NCBI RefSeq assembly: GCF_036321535.1
Contig: NC_087436.1
Location: 85,934,001 to 85,998,000 of the forward strand
Length of the DNA: 64,000 bases
Source of the DNA: Camelus dromedarius
Lineage: Eukaryota
Direction: 5' to 3'
In this document: positions 11,079 to 22,229 of the stretch, piece by piece
How positions within the stretch are numbered: the first letter of the stretch is position 1
Layout of the letters: each line of letters opens with the position of its first letter
The notes under the pieces: generated by a model
What the model was told of the DNA's origin: nothing
The model's database searches: none
Seen by the model: only the letters and a program-made list of their open reading frames with translations
Translations under genes and position numbers: made by a program

Positions 11079-12109
11079 CTCTCCTAAATACCCGTTTGGC
11101 ATGAGCCATCTCTTCCTCTTTCCTGCACTCTGATAAATACAGATGGCATTTGTGTGATTCAAGGTTTTCCACGCGTGAAGATGATGGCCTGCTTAATCAA
11201 GTGACCTTGGTGGAGGCTGAGTCCTACCTGTGCACTGCATTGCCTGTGGTTTCATCACAACATCACAACCAAACTTTCCCCTCATGTGGGAAGAAAACAC
11301 TCTGGTTAGTATGTCGAATTGTCAGGCAGATGAAATGATGCCTTAATGGCTCAGACTGAGGTTGATCTTGGGATCAGATTGGCCCACAAAAGCCACCTGA
11401 GCCCTTAGTATATCTATTTAAAAGCTAAAATGAAACAAACACAAATGTAACCTTGACACTGGAGATATGATCATTTCCATCAAGTTTCTTGGAGGAAACT
11501 ACAATGTTCTTCTAGAGATCATCCAGATTCTCTAATTTTCCAAATGGTTCCCTTGCATACCCTAAAGTTGGGAGCACTTCCTAATATTTATTTATTATTC
11601 AGCTGTCTGAGGGTGAGATTAAGCCACTTCAAAACCTTCAATTCAGATGTGAGACCAATTAAACCACATATTTACCTTCGAGGACCAGAGCCATGGCTGT
11701 TTTGAGCAGAACCCAGGCCCGGAGTGGGGTTTGATCTGCTTGGTGTTACCAACCAATGAAAACTTCTACCCTTTTCTATGATCATAGAAAGAAGCAAAGC
11801 AATTGTTTTGGTTTTGTTGGTTTTATTCTTTTTACATGAAGTGGAAGAAGGCTGGAAAGGAGGAAAAGTTGGCCTAAAAAAAATCAAAGAAACTGAGTTC
11901 TTAACTATTTCGCTTAATAACTTAATTATTTCGTATTTGATATTTGGCCAACCACCTAGCACCCACGTACCTCTGTGTACTTCTGCAGAAAGAGCTGACT
12001 GACAGCCCTACTGTGTGTCAGCACAAACGAGATGGTGAGAATTGAAGACAGTCCATCCCGCTGCCTGCAGAGGCTAGACCGTGAGGCTGGGCTCAATCAA
12101 GCTGCCCGG

Positions 12110-12310
12110 TGTTGGTTCCTGGCCTCACTCCTTGGGGAGTCTGCCTTGGCATCAGTTTACTGATCTGAAAATTAAGATAATATCAGTACCTTCCTCAGGT
12201 ATTAATGTTAAGATAAAATCATCATAATATCAAGTGAGTATTGAATATGTGTAAAATGTTTGGAACAACATCTGATACGTGGAAAACGCCAAGTAGTAGC
12301 TGGTATTACT
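12110..12310 (+). mobile_element. MIR SINE
   Basis: TCAGTTTACTGATCTGAAAATTAAGATAATATCAGTACCTTCCTCAGG...ATGTGTAAAATGTTTGGAACAACATCTGATAC. Confidence 0.75.
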
Positions 12311-14054
12311 GATGCCAAGGGGGTGGGGGATGGGAACCCCTCAAGGGGCTTCTCTCAGGTCTTCCCGTTCCCATTGTCAAATATAAGAACTGTGGACACC
12401 CAACCTTGCTCTGAAGTTACTCTCAGCACAACACCGAGTTGCCTCTGGGGCCCACTTAACCCCAGCTCCGTCACAGGACAGTTTTGGGCAAGTGAGAATG
12501 TCCTTCATTGTTTTTTACCTCTTTATCCGAAATGAACAGTTTGCAACATGTGATGATACCACCAGCGTCTGTTTCTGAACGTTTCCACTCACAAGAACCA
12601 AAAAACTCTACGAAGAAAAGACTTTTCTTTCCGCTGTCCTGGAGTCTTTCTAAAACAACTTTCTACTGAGAGATTAATTATAGCAGACGCAGTATTTCCT
12701 GAAAATGGTAAAACATTTGAAAGGAATACGAAGACACCGTTTGATAAATGGCTTGACTCTTTATTGCCTAACAATCCAAAAGAAAAATGCATGTTTGAAA
12801 CAGAACAGGATGTAATGGAAATCTAAGGAGATGGACTGTAAAAAGGACTTTATTAACTATTTACAGTGGCTATGTAAATTGTTTTCATCTCTGCCTGAGA
12901 AAGTTCCCTGTCAGGGTTTCTGGGCTATTCCTGGTGCTTCTCTCTTTGACTTGTAGTATAAAGGTGAATGGCTCCAAATGTAAGGGTTGTTGGCTTGATC
13001 TCCAGATAAGCCTCACCAGGTACTGCTAACCTTGCCTTAGAGTGGGTCTGTGTCCTTCAGAGAGAACCTCTTCCATTAAAAAAAAGGAAAGAACAAGGAA
13101 AACCAGTGCCTCTGCGTCCTGGTGAATGTGTCATGTCGCCATTGTTCTTTGCAACTTGTCTCCATTGTAATAGACCCAGATGGTGCAGTTCAGGGGTGAG
13201 GTCAGCTTTTAAGGCATAATATGTAATTGACTCTGCAACTTGCTAATCTAAATATGACCTTTCCTTTGTCCTGTTTGTGCAAAGTCCATCCCAGTCAACC
13301 CACAGGTTTGGAAAGAGTGTCAATTTACCTTTTTACATATGGATTTGATCTTGCCTTAAAATGTACAACCACTTTTCCATTATTTGTGGGATTTGTCAAG
13401 TAGTTTGTGAATTATGGAGACCCTCTCCTCTCCAGCTTCTCTGCTCTCGGCCTGCCTTCTGATGCGGTCACTGAAAGTTAGGACAGCCTTTGGGGTCATG
13501 TTGCATTATGCTATAAGCAGACTAGTTACCTACAAAATGAGGGCACCCAAAAAACATCTTTTTGAAAAAAAATTGAAAATTAATATTTCAAAAGAAGTAC
13601 TAGGATTGTCATCACAATGGGGAAAATATCAGAACGTGGTTCTTCTTCTTTACACTTAATTATGGTCTGGTGCTGTTTTTATTTTTATTTTTAATTATAT
13701 ACGGGGCTGGCAGCATCATTATCTCCTTAGTGTTTAGCCCTTCCAAAATCTTCATCCAGTCCTACTATGCCTGCGGGCTGAGATGTTCGTGAAAAGGCCT
13801 CACTTGTGCTGCTGGGCTTCTGTGTTGCAGGCGCCTCGAGACGGGACCATGAGTCCTCCTGCCTTTCTGTCCTCTCATCTGAGTGCAGAGCAAGTACATG
13901 ACAGAGACCCTTATAGTTACAGTCACTGACTGCTTTTAACGGCTGCGAGGAGGGTGGCTGTGACAGCAGCTCAGTGTAAGAGATGAAGTTGATGAATACG
14001 TGTGGTGCTGGATAGCTCTGTCCCTGTAGCCAGTGGAGGAGAGAAATGGATTAA

Positions 14055-14290
14055 AGCAATGAATGCACTCCAGGCACTGTGCTGGGCGCTTTCCATGGGT
14101 TAAGTCTCTCTTTAATCCTAGTGTCAAACCCCCAAGTTGGTATTAGCTCCATTTTACACAGAAGAAACCGGAAGCTTAGAGGTAAAGGAACTTGACCAAA
14201 GTCATTCTGCAGCAAACGAAATAGTGGAGCATGAGACCAAGGTCAGCCTGACCCCCAAACTTGTGCTCTTTTCATTACGCATGTTGCCAG
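14055..14290 (-). mobile_element. MIR SINE
   Basis: CCAGGCACTGTGCTGGGCGCTTTCCATG...CTCCATTTTACACAGAAGAAACCGGAAGCTTAGAGGTAAAGGAACTTGACCAAAGTCA. Confidence 0.85.
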
Positions 14291-14849
14291 GCCACTCGGT
14301 GTTCAATGGACTGGTGGCTGGTATACAGAAATTAAGATAGATGCTGTTGAAATAGCTCAGCAAGTTGTGCTCAGCATTAAAAATAAATGAACTAAGGACC
14401 TATGTACAAGAGTGCAGGTGGGAGTGGGGTAGAGGAAATTCCCTGCATGTTTTAGGTCTCCAGGGAACAATTCCTGAGTCTGAATAAATCTTAGAAGACT
14501 CTAAGGAACCAGGCCCTTCCTTAGAGCTTCGAGAAGAGCTGGATTTTGGAGCCAAGCACGAAGCTAAAGGCTGTTTGGTAGGCCTTTGATCTGATCCCAC
14601 ATTTTCTGAGCTGGGGGGGGGGTGCAGGAAGGAAGTAGTCAGCATCTAAGGAATGGTGCCATGATGCTGGCAAAGGAAAGAAAAGAGGAAAAACTTTCCT
14701 CATCCTTGTTTCTTCTACCTCGAACACTGGTTCAGTTCAAGATCACTTTCAGGAAATCCTGGAATTTCCACAATTAATCAAATTGTGCAACAGCAGGGAA
14801 GTGGAAAAGCAAACTCCACAGGTCCAGGAGAGGGAAGGGGCCGGGAGGT

Positions 14850-15355
14850 GAGACGTCTCAACTAACGATGGCTCAACTTAGTGATTTTTCAACTTTATGA
14901 TGGTGCAACAGTGATAACGCACTCAAGAGAAACCATAAGTTGGAATTTTGAATTGTGCTTTTTTCCAGGGCTAGTGACAAACAGTAGGACACTCCCTCAT
15001 GATGCTGGGCAGTGGCAGCCACTGCAGCTCCCAGTTGGCCATGCCATCACAGGGCAACAACTGATGCACTTACAGTCACTCTGTACACAGATGACCACTC
15101 TGCTTTCCATTTTCAGGACAGTATTCAATAAATTACATGAAATATTCAATACTTTATTATGAAATAGGCTCTCTGTTAGATGATTTTTGCCCAGCTGCAG
15201 GCTACTATCCATGTTCTGAGCATGTTTAAGTTGGGCTAGGCTAAGCTGTGATGTTCTGTGGGTGAGGTGTATTAAACGCATTTTTGACCTATGATATCTT
15301 CAACTTCCATTGGGTTTGTTGGGATGTAACCCCATGACAAGTCAAGGAAGATCTG
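14850..15355 (-). mobile_element. TcMar-Tigger MITE (MER47/Tigger5-like)
   Basis: Terminal repeats AGACGTCTCAACTAACGATGG and CCCCATGACAAGTCAAGGAAGATCTG followed by TA. Internal CAGTATTCAATAAATTACATGAAATATTCAA and GGCTAGGCTAAGCTGTGATGTTC are characteristic. Confidence 0.85.
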
Positions 15356-16659
15356 TATTTCTAGGTGACATGAAGCTAACCAACTCTTCTTCCTCACAAC
15401 ACAAAGGAAAGAGTCCGAACTAGAGAGAGAAAAGGTATTGAGCTGTATAAATGAAGAACTTTCTTAAATGGAGGGCAGAGGCATGGTATTCTGTGAATTC
15501 TTTGGAAAAAGGAGCCCAAATTACCTGCTGGATTGGTATGGGGCAGGTTAAGGAGCAAGGAGGTGGACAGACAGCATTTCCATGTTCTCCCAGTCAGAAT
15601 TTCTATAATTGTATGGTTCCTTTGGATAATTCCCATTCCATCTTTTTTCTTTTTCAGTCTAGCTTTTCATTGGCTCCATTTATGATAGAAAAGAGAAAGT
15701 TATTCCCGAGTTGCATAAGGCCAAGTCCAGGTCATATAGAAAAATGAAATGGGAAATCTCAGACTCCAACATTAGACAAAGAAAGAAGAAATTCACAGCC
15801 ATCTGGTCACGAGATGAAATGGGAAAACATGCATTTCACTTCCTCCGTGGCACATTGGCTTTTGAAGAGCAAAGAGAGACAAGAGGATGGGTTAGCATAG
15901 GCAAACCTCCGATATCTGGTTTACCTGTCTAACTTGATCATTGTTTTCTATGATGTTTGGACACACACTGATTGTAAAATACAACATCAAAGTTAATAGT
16001 GTGAATTGAGTGTTAGGTGTGATAAGTCATGAATAGGAGATGGTTTATGAGGGCGCTGACAAGAAATTGAAGAACTCAGGCATAAAGTAATCATGAGTTG
16101 TGTCAACTAAGCGACATAGGGAAGAAAGGAGAATGAGATTTGAAAAATAGAGTCCATGTGGCAGAGAGCTAATTATCTTGACGTCTAATCTTCCAGGAGG
16201 CTAACAGTTCACTTGCTGAAAGTCACCTAGGAGTGAGCTGCAGAGATATTTTTGAACATGCCATTTTCATAATCCAGCCATGCCTGCATCTGATCGTCAA
16301 ACCCTTAAGGACCAACTGTTAGAGCAAAATATGAAATGCTCTGTTCAGCTCTGTGCTTTAGACTCCGGGAGGTTATTAGCAATAATAAGCCCTTACCACC
16401 ATTCAAATGAGTTCCTGAAACTCGCTGCTAGTACTTTGAGACATTGCAGCACCTCTAAGTGAACCACCCAATACTTTATTTTGTGTCACTATTCTTGTCT
16501 GATTAGATTTAATGATTTTGGAAAGTGGTCTGGGCAGAGAGGTTGAGGGATATTGGAGGAATAAAAATAAAAAAACAGGATCTCTGTAGGATTCTAGTTC
16601 CAGAACTCCCTGTAATTGACTTTGTTATATTGGTCATTTTGATAAATTAATAGAGTTAC

Positions 16660-16880
16660 ATTGTTTTAGGCACTTTTCATGAATTAGCTCATAATCTCAG
16701 CAACAGCCCTATGGAATAGGTCCTATCATTATTAGTCCTATTTTACACATAAGGAAACTGAGAATCAGAGACGCTAAGTAACTTGCCCAAGGTCACACAG
16801 GAATTAAACAAAAGAGATCAAATTTGTACCCAGCTTTTCCTCTCTGCAGAGTCCATGCTCTCAACTTCCTTGCTATGTGG
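16660..16880 (-). mobile_element. MIR SINE
   Basis: CAACAGCCCTATGGAATAGG...ATTTTACACATAAGGAAACTGAGAATCAGAGACGCTAAGTAACTTGCCCAAGGTCACACAG. Confidence 0.9.
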
Positions 16881-16899
16881 CATCTCTGAGCTTGTCAGC

Positions 16900-17030
16900 A
16901 ATTACCTTATATACACAATGTACCAGACACTGTGCTGGACCCTGAGCTGTGGCTAAGGGTACAGTGGGGACCAGACAGCCATCATCCCATCCTCATGGTG
17001 TTTATCATCCAGAAGCAAAGGCAGACATTA
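16900..17030 (-). mobile_element. L2 3' end fragment
   Basis: ATGTACCAGACACTGTGCTGG...ACAGTGGGGACCAGACAG...TCCCATCCTCATGGTGTTTATCATCCAG. Confidence 0.65.
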
Positions 17031-17394
17031 AAGAAAGCATTTAAAATTCCTAAAAAAAAAAAATCTTAAATGAGCAAAGAGCTCTTTGGAACAAAGAAAG
17101 GGGCATTTGTTTCCTAAATAGAATGAGGAAACCAAATTATAGAACCCCCTCTTCCAACTCTATTGTTCTATTCTCTTCAGAAATTTCCATCCCCAAATAA
17201 AATGGAAGTCCACAATACAAATCATGAGACCTACAAAAATGCTACTCAGCCCATAAAGCATGTGCTGATCTACAAAAGCCCCGTGTTCTCCAACTACAAC
17301 CTCCTCCCTTCTTTCTTTAGGCCTTCTCTGAGTGTTCTCATCCAGATTATTTACAGAGTGCTGTAGAGCTGACCAACACATTCCCAAATGTCAT

Positions 17395-17770
17395 CTTGTT
17401 GAGTCTTCCCAAAGGTCTTGAGAGGTGGATGCTGGTCCCTCCATTTTGTAAGTAATAATAATACTCACTGAGCTCTCTGTTATGTGCCAGAACCTGAGCT
17501 CAGCACTGCACATTCTTTATTCCATCAATTCCTCATAACAATGCTATGAAGTAAATATCATGACACACATTAAGCAAGTTAAGGCTTAGAGAAGTACTTT
17601 GTCTGAAGTCCAGCAGCTCGGAGGTGGAAGAGCAAGCATGTGTCTGCTTCAGAGCCTGAGCTCATGGGAACTTGATGGGAGGTATGACTTTCCCAAGGTC
17701 ATGCGGCCAGTGAAGGGTAATGTTAGGACGTGAACTTGAGTCCTTGGCTCTTTCCTCCATAACCCAGAAC
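17395..17770 (-). mobile_element. Cluster of MIR fragments, probably one MIR nested in another
   Basis: CTCCATTTTGTAAG; TATGTGCCAGAACCTGAGCT...TCCTCATAACAATGCTATGAAGTA; TGACTTTCCCAAGGTCATGCGGCCAGTGA. Confidence 0.75.
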
Positions 17771-18177
17771 CTCCTATACCTACGTCTGCTTCTGGTGTGT
17801 GGGCACCTAGGCCAGTGGAAAGATATTTTGAAAGTAACTCAAGTGTAGATAAATTGAGGAATCTGTTCTTTTGCATTTTAAAATGATATATGGCTATCAT
17901 CCACTTGTTTTTTCTGGGAACAAAGAAGGTTGGCATTTATAAGGCAGAATCACTAACAAAAACATTTCCCATGTATGACTGGAGTTGATCCTTGAAGTAG
18001 GTCTTATTTCGTTTTTGATATGTTTATTATTGTGGTAATAAAAGTCAAGAAATGCAGAAATGTGGCATGCAGACACGCCAAAATTAACATCTAATGTAGC
18101 TGGCTAAAAGAAACTGACCTCTGAGCCAGTACAACCATTGAATGTAGATATTGTCCAAGAAACTAGGCTTCGATAAC

Positions 18178-18255
18178 AGAGGTTCTGGGGATTGAACCCA
18201 GGACTTCATGCATGTTAAGCATGTACTCTACCACTGAGCTACACCCTCCCCTTTC
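18178..18255 (-). mobile_element. tRNA-derived SINE head (Vic-1-like) with no A-rich tail
   Basis: GAGGTTCTGGGGATTGAACCCAGGAC...CTCTACCACTGAGCTACACCCTCCCC, flanked by the degenerate direct repeat AGGCTTCGATAAC (18165-18177) / AGGCTTTGAGAAC (18256-18268). Confidence 0.88.
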
Positions 18256-18462
18256 AGGCTTTGAGAACTTTAATGTCCTTAGGTGTTCTCACTGAATTTT
18301 TCCATGACCCAGTCTTGTTCCTCTAAAGTTCTTAGAAGTAAAGAACCTTTGGAGTCTTTTGATTAAATACATAAGATAAATGAAAAATATTATTTACATC
18401 AAATAGTTTAATCCATAAATGCTATGTAGTGCTATTCAAGGAACATGGCTGTCCAAATTTTA

Positions 18463-18676
18463 TTTTTATTTTTTAATCTTTTTTTTTAATTTGAAGTATA
18501 GTTGATTTACAATGTTGTATTTAGTTTCTGGTGTACAGCATAGTGAGTCAGTTACATGTGTATATACTTTTTCATATTCTTTTTCATTACAGGTTACTAT
18601 AAGCCATTGAATATAGCTCCCTGTGCTATACAGCAGGACCTTGCTGTTCATCTATTCTATACATAGTAGTTTTATC
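18463..18676 (-). mobile_element. 5'-truncated L1 3' UTR insertion
   Basis: T-rich tail, then TTGAAGTATAGTTGATTTACAATGTTG...CCCTGTGCTATACAGCAGGACCTTG. TSD TGGCTGTCCAAATTTTA (18446-18462) / TGGCTGCCCACATTTTA (18677-18693). Confidence 0.92.
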
Positions 18677-20219
18677 TGGCTGCCCACATTTTAAAATTCA
18701 ACAGTAAATGGGGAAATCTGGATAATTTTAAGCAAGGTAATTTTTTAAAGACTAAAATTTAAGTTACCAAGAAAAAAATTTGCTTGGTATAAAATCTTGT
18801 CTATGCTCAGAAATAAAAGTTATAGGCAAAAAGGAAAAAAAAAAAAAAACCAGAGAGGAACAGAAACATAAGGGCATGGGCACAGATAGAAGAATGTAAA
18901 AATCAGATTAAAGATGGGAGAATTGCAGACCCAGTTTTGAACAGCAATTTACTTCCCTGTCACTAGATGGGGCTCACTAGTTGAGGTTATTTCCCTTCCA
19001 GATTTGCATTTTGTGTCAGAAAACATAAAGAATTCAGCTGGGATTTGGGTTCAGCATTTTAAAAGATAAGTTATTGGAAAGTATTCAATGGGAATCCTAA
19101 TAAGATTGACTTTTTTGTTGACTACAATAGTCTTATTCAGCAAAGCTAGCTTTATCCCAATTTAACATGAAATAGGTCACTATTAGAAAAGACAGCTTTA
19201 TTGTGTTTGTATTTGGGATTAACGGATAAAATAAATAGTTCTTTTCTTCCCACAGGGGTTGATGAGCCAGCTTTATTCTAAATGACTGAAGACTTCTGTT
19301 CTTTTCAACAAACACAGTCCTCCAATTAGGAGCTGCAAATAAGATTATATGCCCTGAATAAGTCTGAAAAGGTCCTTTTATAATTAGAAAGTTTGTGTGT
19401 GGGAAGTGGAAGCAGCATGAAGTGCTCACTGTGGCTTTATTAAGAGAGTGACACGAAGATTTCCCGAATCCTCATCCGCGTGCTCTAAAATGATAAAATA
19501 AAAATGATAGAAAACAGTGTCTTCCATTTCTTTTTTGTTTCCACCCTGGAAGCCTTCACATTTAGGTTATAGAAACAAGTTCTTTTTTTTTTTTTCTAAG
19601 CATATTTTGGAAACATAGTGCAAAGATTTTTAAAATACCAGTGAAAATAATTTTGGTGAAGGGCTGAAGCTAAGATAGCCTGGTCAATATAGGGCGTTCT
19701 GTGTATTTTCACTGAAACTCTTTCCTGATTGTCACTCTGTTACTACTACGACATAATATTTTGTTAACTACTGTTGAGTTTGGTATAGTTAGCTCCCTGG
19801 CCTGTGGACACAGAGTAGTTATTGTTCCCGTCTAACCTTCCAAATCAACCAGAGTTTGGTATGTAAATGGATATTTCCTGGATGAATAAATACCCTCTTC
19901 ACAATGTGCTCAACGACCTAGTCAGATGCAACCCCCACAGCCTCACAGAATAAGATGCAACCATGGAAAGCTGGCTGGAAGGGTGGGGGTTTGTCGGGGG
20001 GAGAAGCTTCCTCAGAACTAAGAGGGGGAAGGCAAGGCTGGCCCTGGAGAGGATGAGCTGAGAGCGCCTAGTTACAAAGGGTCAACAGCAGATCCAGACA
20101 CAGCTGATAGAACCTCATCCAAATATATTTTGGATGCTTACAATATACCAGACACTCTTCTGGGATTAGGGACACCCAGTGGGCAGGACAAAGATCCCGG
20201 ACCTTATGGAATTGACGGT

Positions 20220-20400
20220 CTAGCCACTTCTTAACTGTGTGACTATGTTGCACCATTCTTTGCCACACTTTTGTCTGTAAAATGGGTATAATAATACTTA
20301 CTTCCCTGGGCCAATAGATTGGAATAAATAAAGCTAGAAGATCCAGAAAGGCACTGACATCTAGGAGGCACTCAATCAATATTTCATGAATAAGTGAATA
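20220..20400 (+). mobile_element. MIR SINE, preceded by an antisense L2 end at ~20130-20220
   Basis: GCCACTTCTTAACTGTGTGACT...TCTGTAAAATGGGTATAATAATACTTACTTCCCTGGG...TAGGAGGCACTCAATCAATATT. Confidence 0.8.
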
Positions 20401-20822
20401 TATTAGTTAGTCCCTGACTAACTCTCTATACCTGGTTTCCTAAACTTTTAATCCTACTTAAAATTAAATTGCAGATACCACCTCCTGACATTTTCACTTT
20501 GTGTACACATAATACACACATACATCCTTTAGATCACTATTTAGGAGTAAGAAAGATTTTGCTGAGCTTTACTCTTTCTAGTTTAAGTCATGAAAAAAAA
20601 TTATTACTCAGAAATAAAATTTGATAACAATAGTGATCTTTCAAACTACATTCTCCCTGCTTCACCCCTGTCCAATCCCGAAATGTAGACACATCCCTCC
20701 TTTGAGGGTTCTCATGCCAAATAGGAAATAAACGTGGTTAGCTGCTGGCCTGATTGACTGAGATCGCTTTCACGCCCAGGTGGAACCATCGGCTTTATGC
20801 CATAGCAAGGTGCATTCTAGAC

Positions 20823-22050
20823 CAATGGTTCTCTTGGCTGCACATTGAAGTCATCTGGAGGAGCTTTATAAAAATACTTAATACCTATGATGTCTTGACT
20901 ATGACACCAAAAGCACAGGCAACAAAAGCAAAATATACAAATGGGACTCTGAAACAAAAAAGCTTTCATAGAGCAAAGGATGCAGTCAACAAAATGAAAA
21001 GGAAACCTACTGGATGGGAGAAAATATTCACAAACCATACATGTGATAAGAGGTTAATATCCAAAATAAATAAGGAACTCCTACAGCTCAATAGCAAAAC
21101 ACCAAATAATCCACAAAGCGCTTGAATAGACATTTCTCCAAAAAAACCAAAAACATTCAGCTGGCCAACAGTTACATGAAAATGTATTCAGCGTAATGAA
21201 TCGTAGGGAAATGCAAGTTGAAACTACAATGAGATATCACTTCACATCTATTGGGATGGCCATTATAAAAACAAAAACCAGAAAATAACAAACCTTGGGG
21301 AGGATGTGGAGAAATTGGAAATTTGAGCATCATTGGTAGAAGTGTAAATTTGTGCAGCCGTTGTGGAAAATAGTATGGATATTCCTAAAAAAAATTAAAA
21401 AATAGAACTATCATGTGATTCAATAATCCTACTTTTAGGTATCTACCCAAAAGAAATCAGGATCTCGAAGAGATATTTACACTCCAGTGTTCACTGCAGC
21501 ACAGTTCATAATGGCTAAGATAGGAAACCAACCTAAATGTTCATCAACAGATGAATGGGTACAGAAGATGCAGTATGTTCCCCAATGGAATATCATTCAG
21601 CTTTAAAAGAGAAGGAAATACTGCTTTATGCTACAACATGGATGAAACTTGAGGACTTTATGCTACATAAAATTAGTTACAAAGGAACAAATGCTGTATG
21701 ACTCTACTTACAAGAGGTAACTAAAGTAGTTAAAGCCACAGAAGCAGAAAATAGAACGGTGGTTGCCAGGGACTAGGAAGAAGGAGAAATGGGGAGTTGC
21801 TATTCAACAAGAAGAGAGTTTCAATCATTCAAAATGAAAAAGTTCTAGAGATCTGCTCTTCAACAATGTGTATATAGTTAACAATACTGTACGGTACCCT
21901 TAAAAATTTGTTAAGAGGGTAAATTTCATGTTGTGTGTTTTTTTTTTTAATCATGAGAAAATTAAAAAAAAAAACAAAACAATGCCTGGCCCCATCCTAA
22001 CCAATTAAATCAGAACCACGGAGTGGGGCTGGGAGGTGGACATCCCATTG
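20823..22050. mobile_element. MER5-like hAT-Charlie MITE split by an L1 insertion
   Basis: Left half CAATGGTTCTCTTGGCTGCACATTGAAGTCATCTGGAGGAGCTTTATAAAAATAC. Right half AATGCCTGGCCCCATCCTAACCAATTAAATCAGAA from ~21981. Confidence 0.75.
20888..21980 (+). mobile_element. L1MA/L1MB-type LINE-1, end of ORF2 plus 3' UTR and poly(A)
   Basis: Degenerate ORF2 peptide MTPKAQATKAK...KRKPTGWEKIFTNHTCDKRLISKINKELLQLNSK. 3' UTR AAAAGTTCTAGAGATCTGC...AAAATTTGTTAAGAGGGTAAATTTCATGTT, then an A tail. Confidence 0.93.
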
Positions 22051-22229
22051 TTGCTTTTAATGATGTGGTTTTTCCTGTTTCAGCTATGCACAGTGCACAT
22101 TAGAGTTCCATGCTACAGGAAAATCTCAATAAAGTCACAGTATCTTTTATTTTTTAAAGTTTCCATTCCCAGGCCCATATTTGTGCCCTAACAATAATTA
22201 TAATAGTTAATAATAGTTAATAGTACCTG

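Larger units (their letters stand above)
10075..11141 (+). mobile_element. ERVL solo LTR (LTR33-like), split by an L1 insertion and a SINE insertion
   Basis: CCTTGTCCTCTGGCTGGGTTTGGTCAATGGG and AGCCCTGGGGTACTGCACCATCTCTTG are LTR33-like. The 3' part reads continuously across both insertions: CTGCC..CATCTTTGTAAAACGTTCCCTTTGTTAAACTCTCCTA|AATACCCGTTTGGCATGAGCCATCT...TGATAAATACA. Confidence 0.72.

Noticed and set aside
12950..13120. tRNA-like head of a possible ancient SINE
   Set aside because: Too decayed to assign by eye; needs a Dfam HMM search.
18958..18978. CTCF-like motif TCACTAGATGGGGC (another at ~40262-40277, minus strand)
   Set aside because: Both mismatch conserved core positions and cannot be supported without PWM scoring or ChIP data.
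20754..21125. 123-aa ORF containing TPKAQATKAK...WEKIF
   Set aside because: Decayed L1 ORF2 fragment fused to MER5 and flanking sequence; not a gene.
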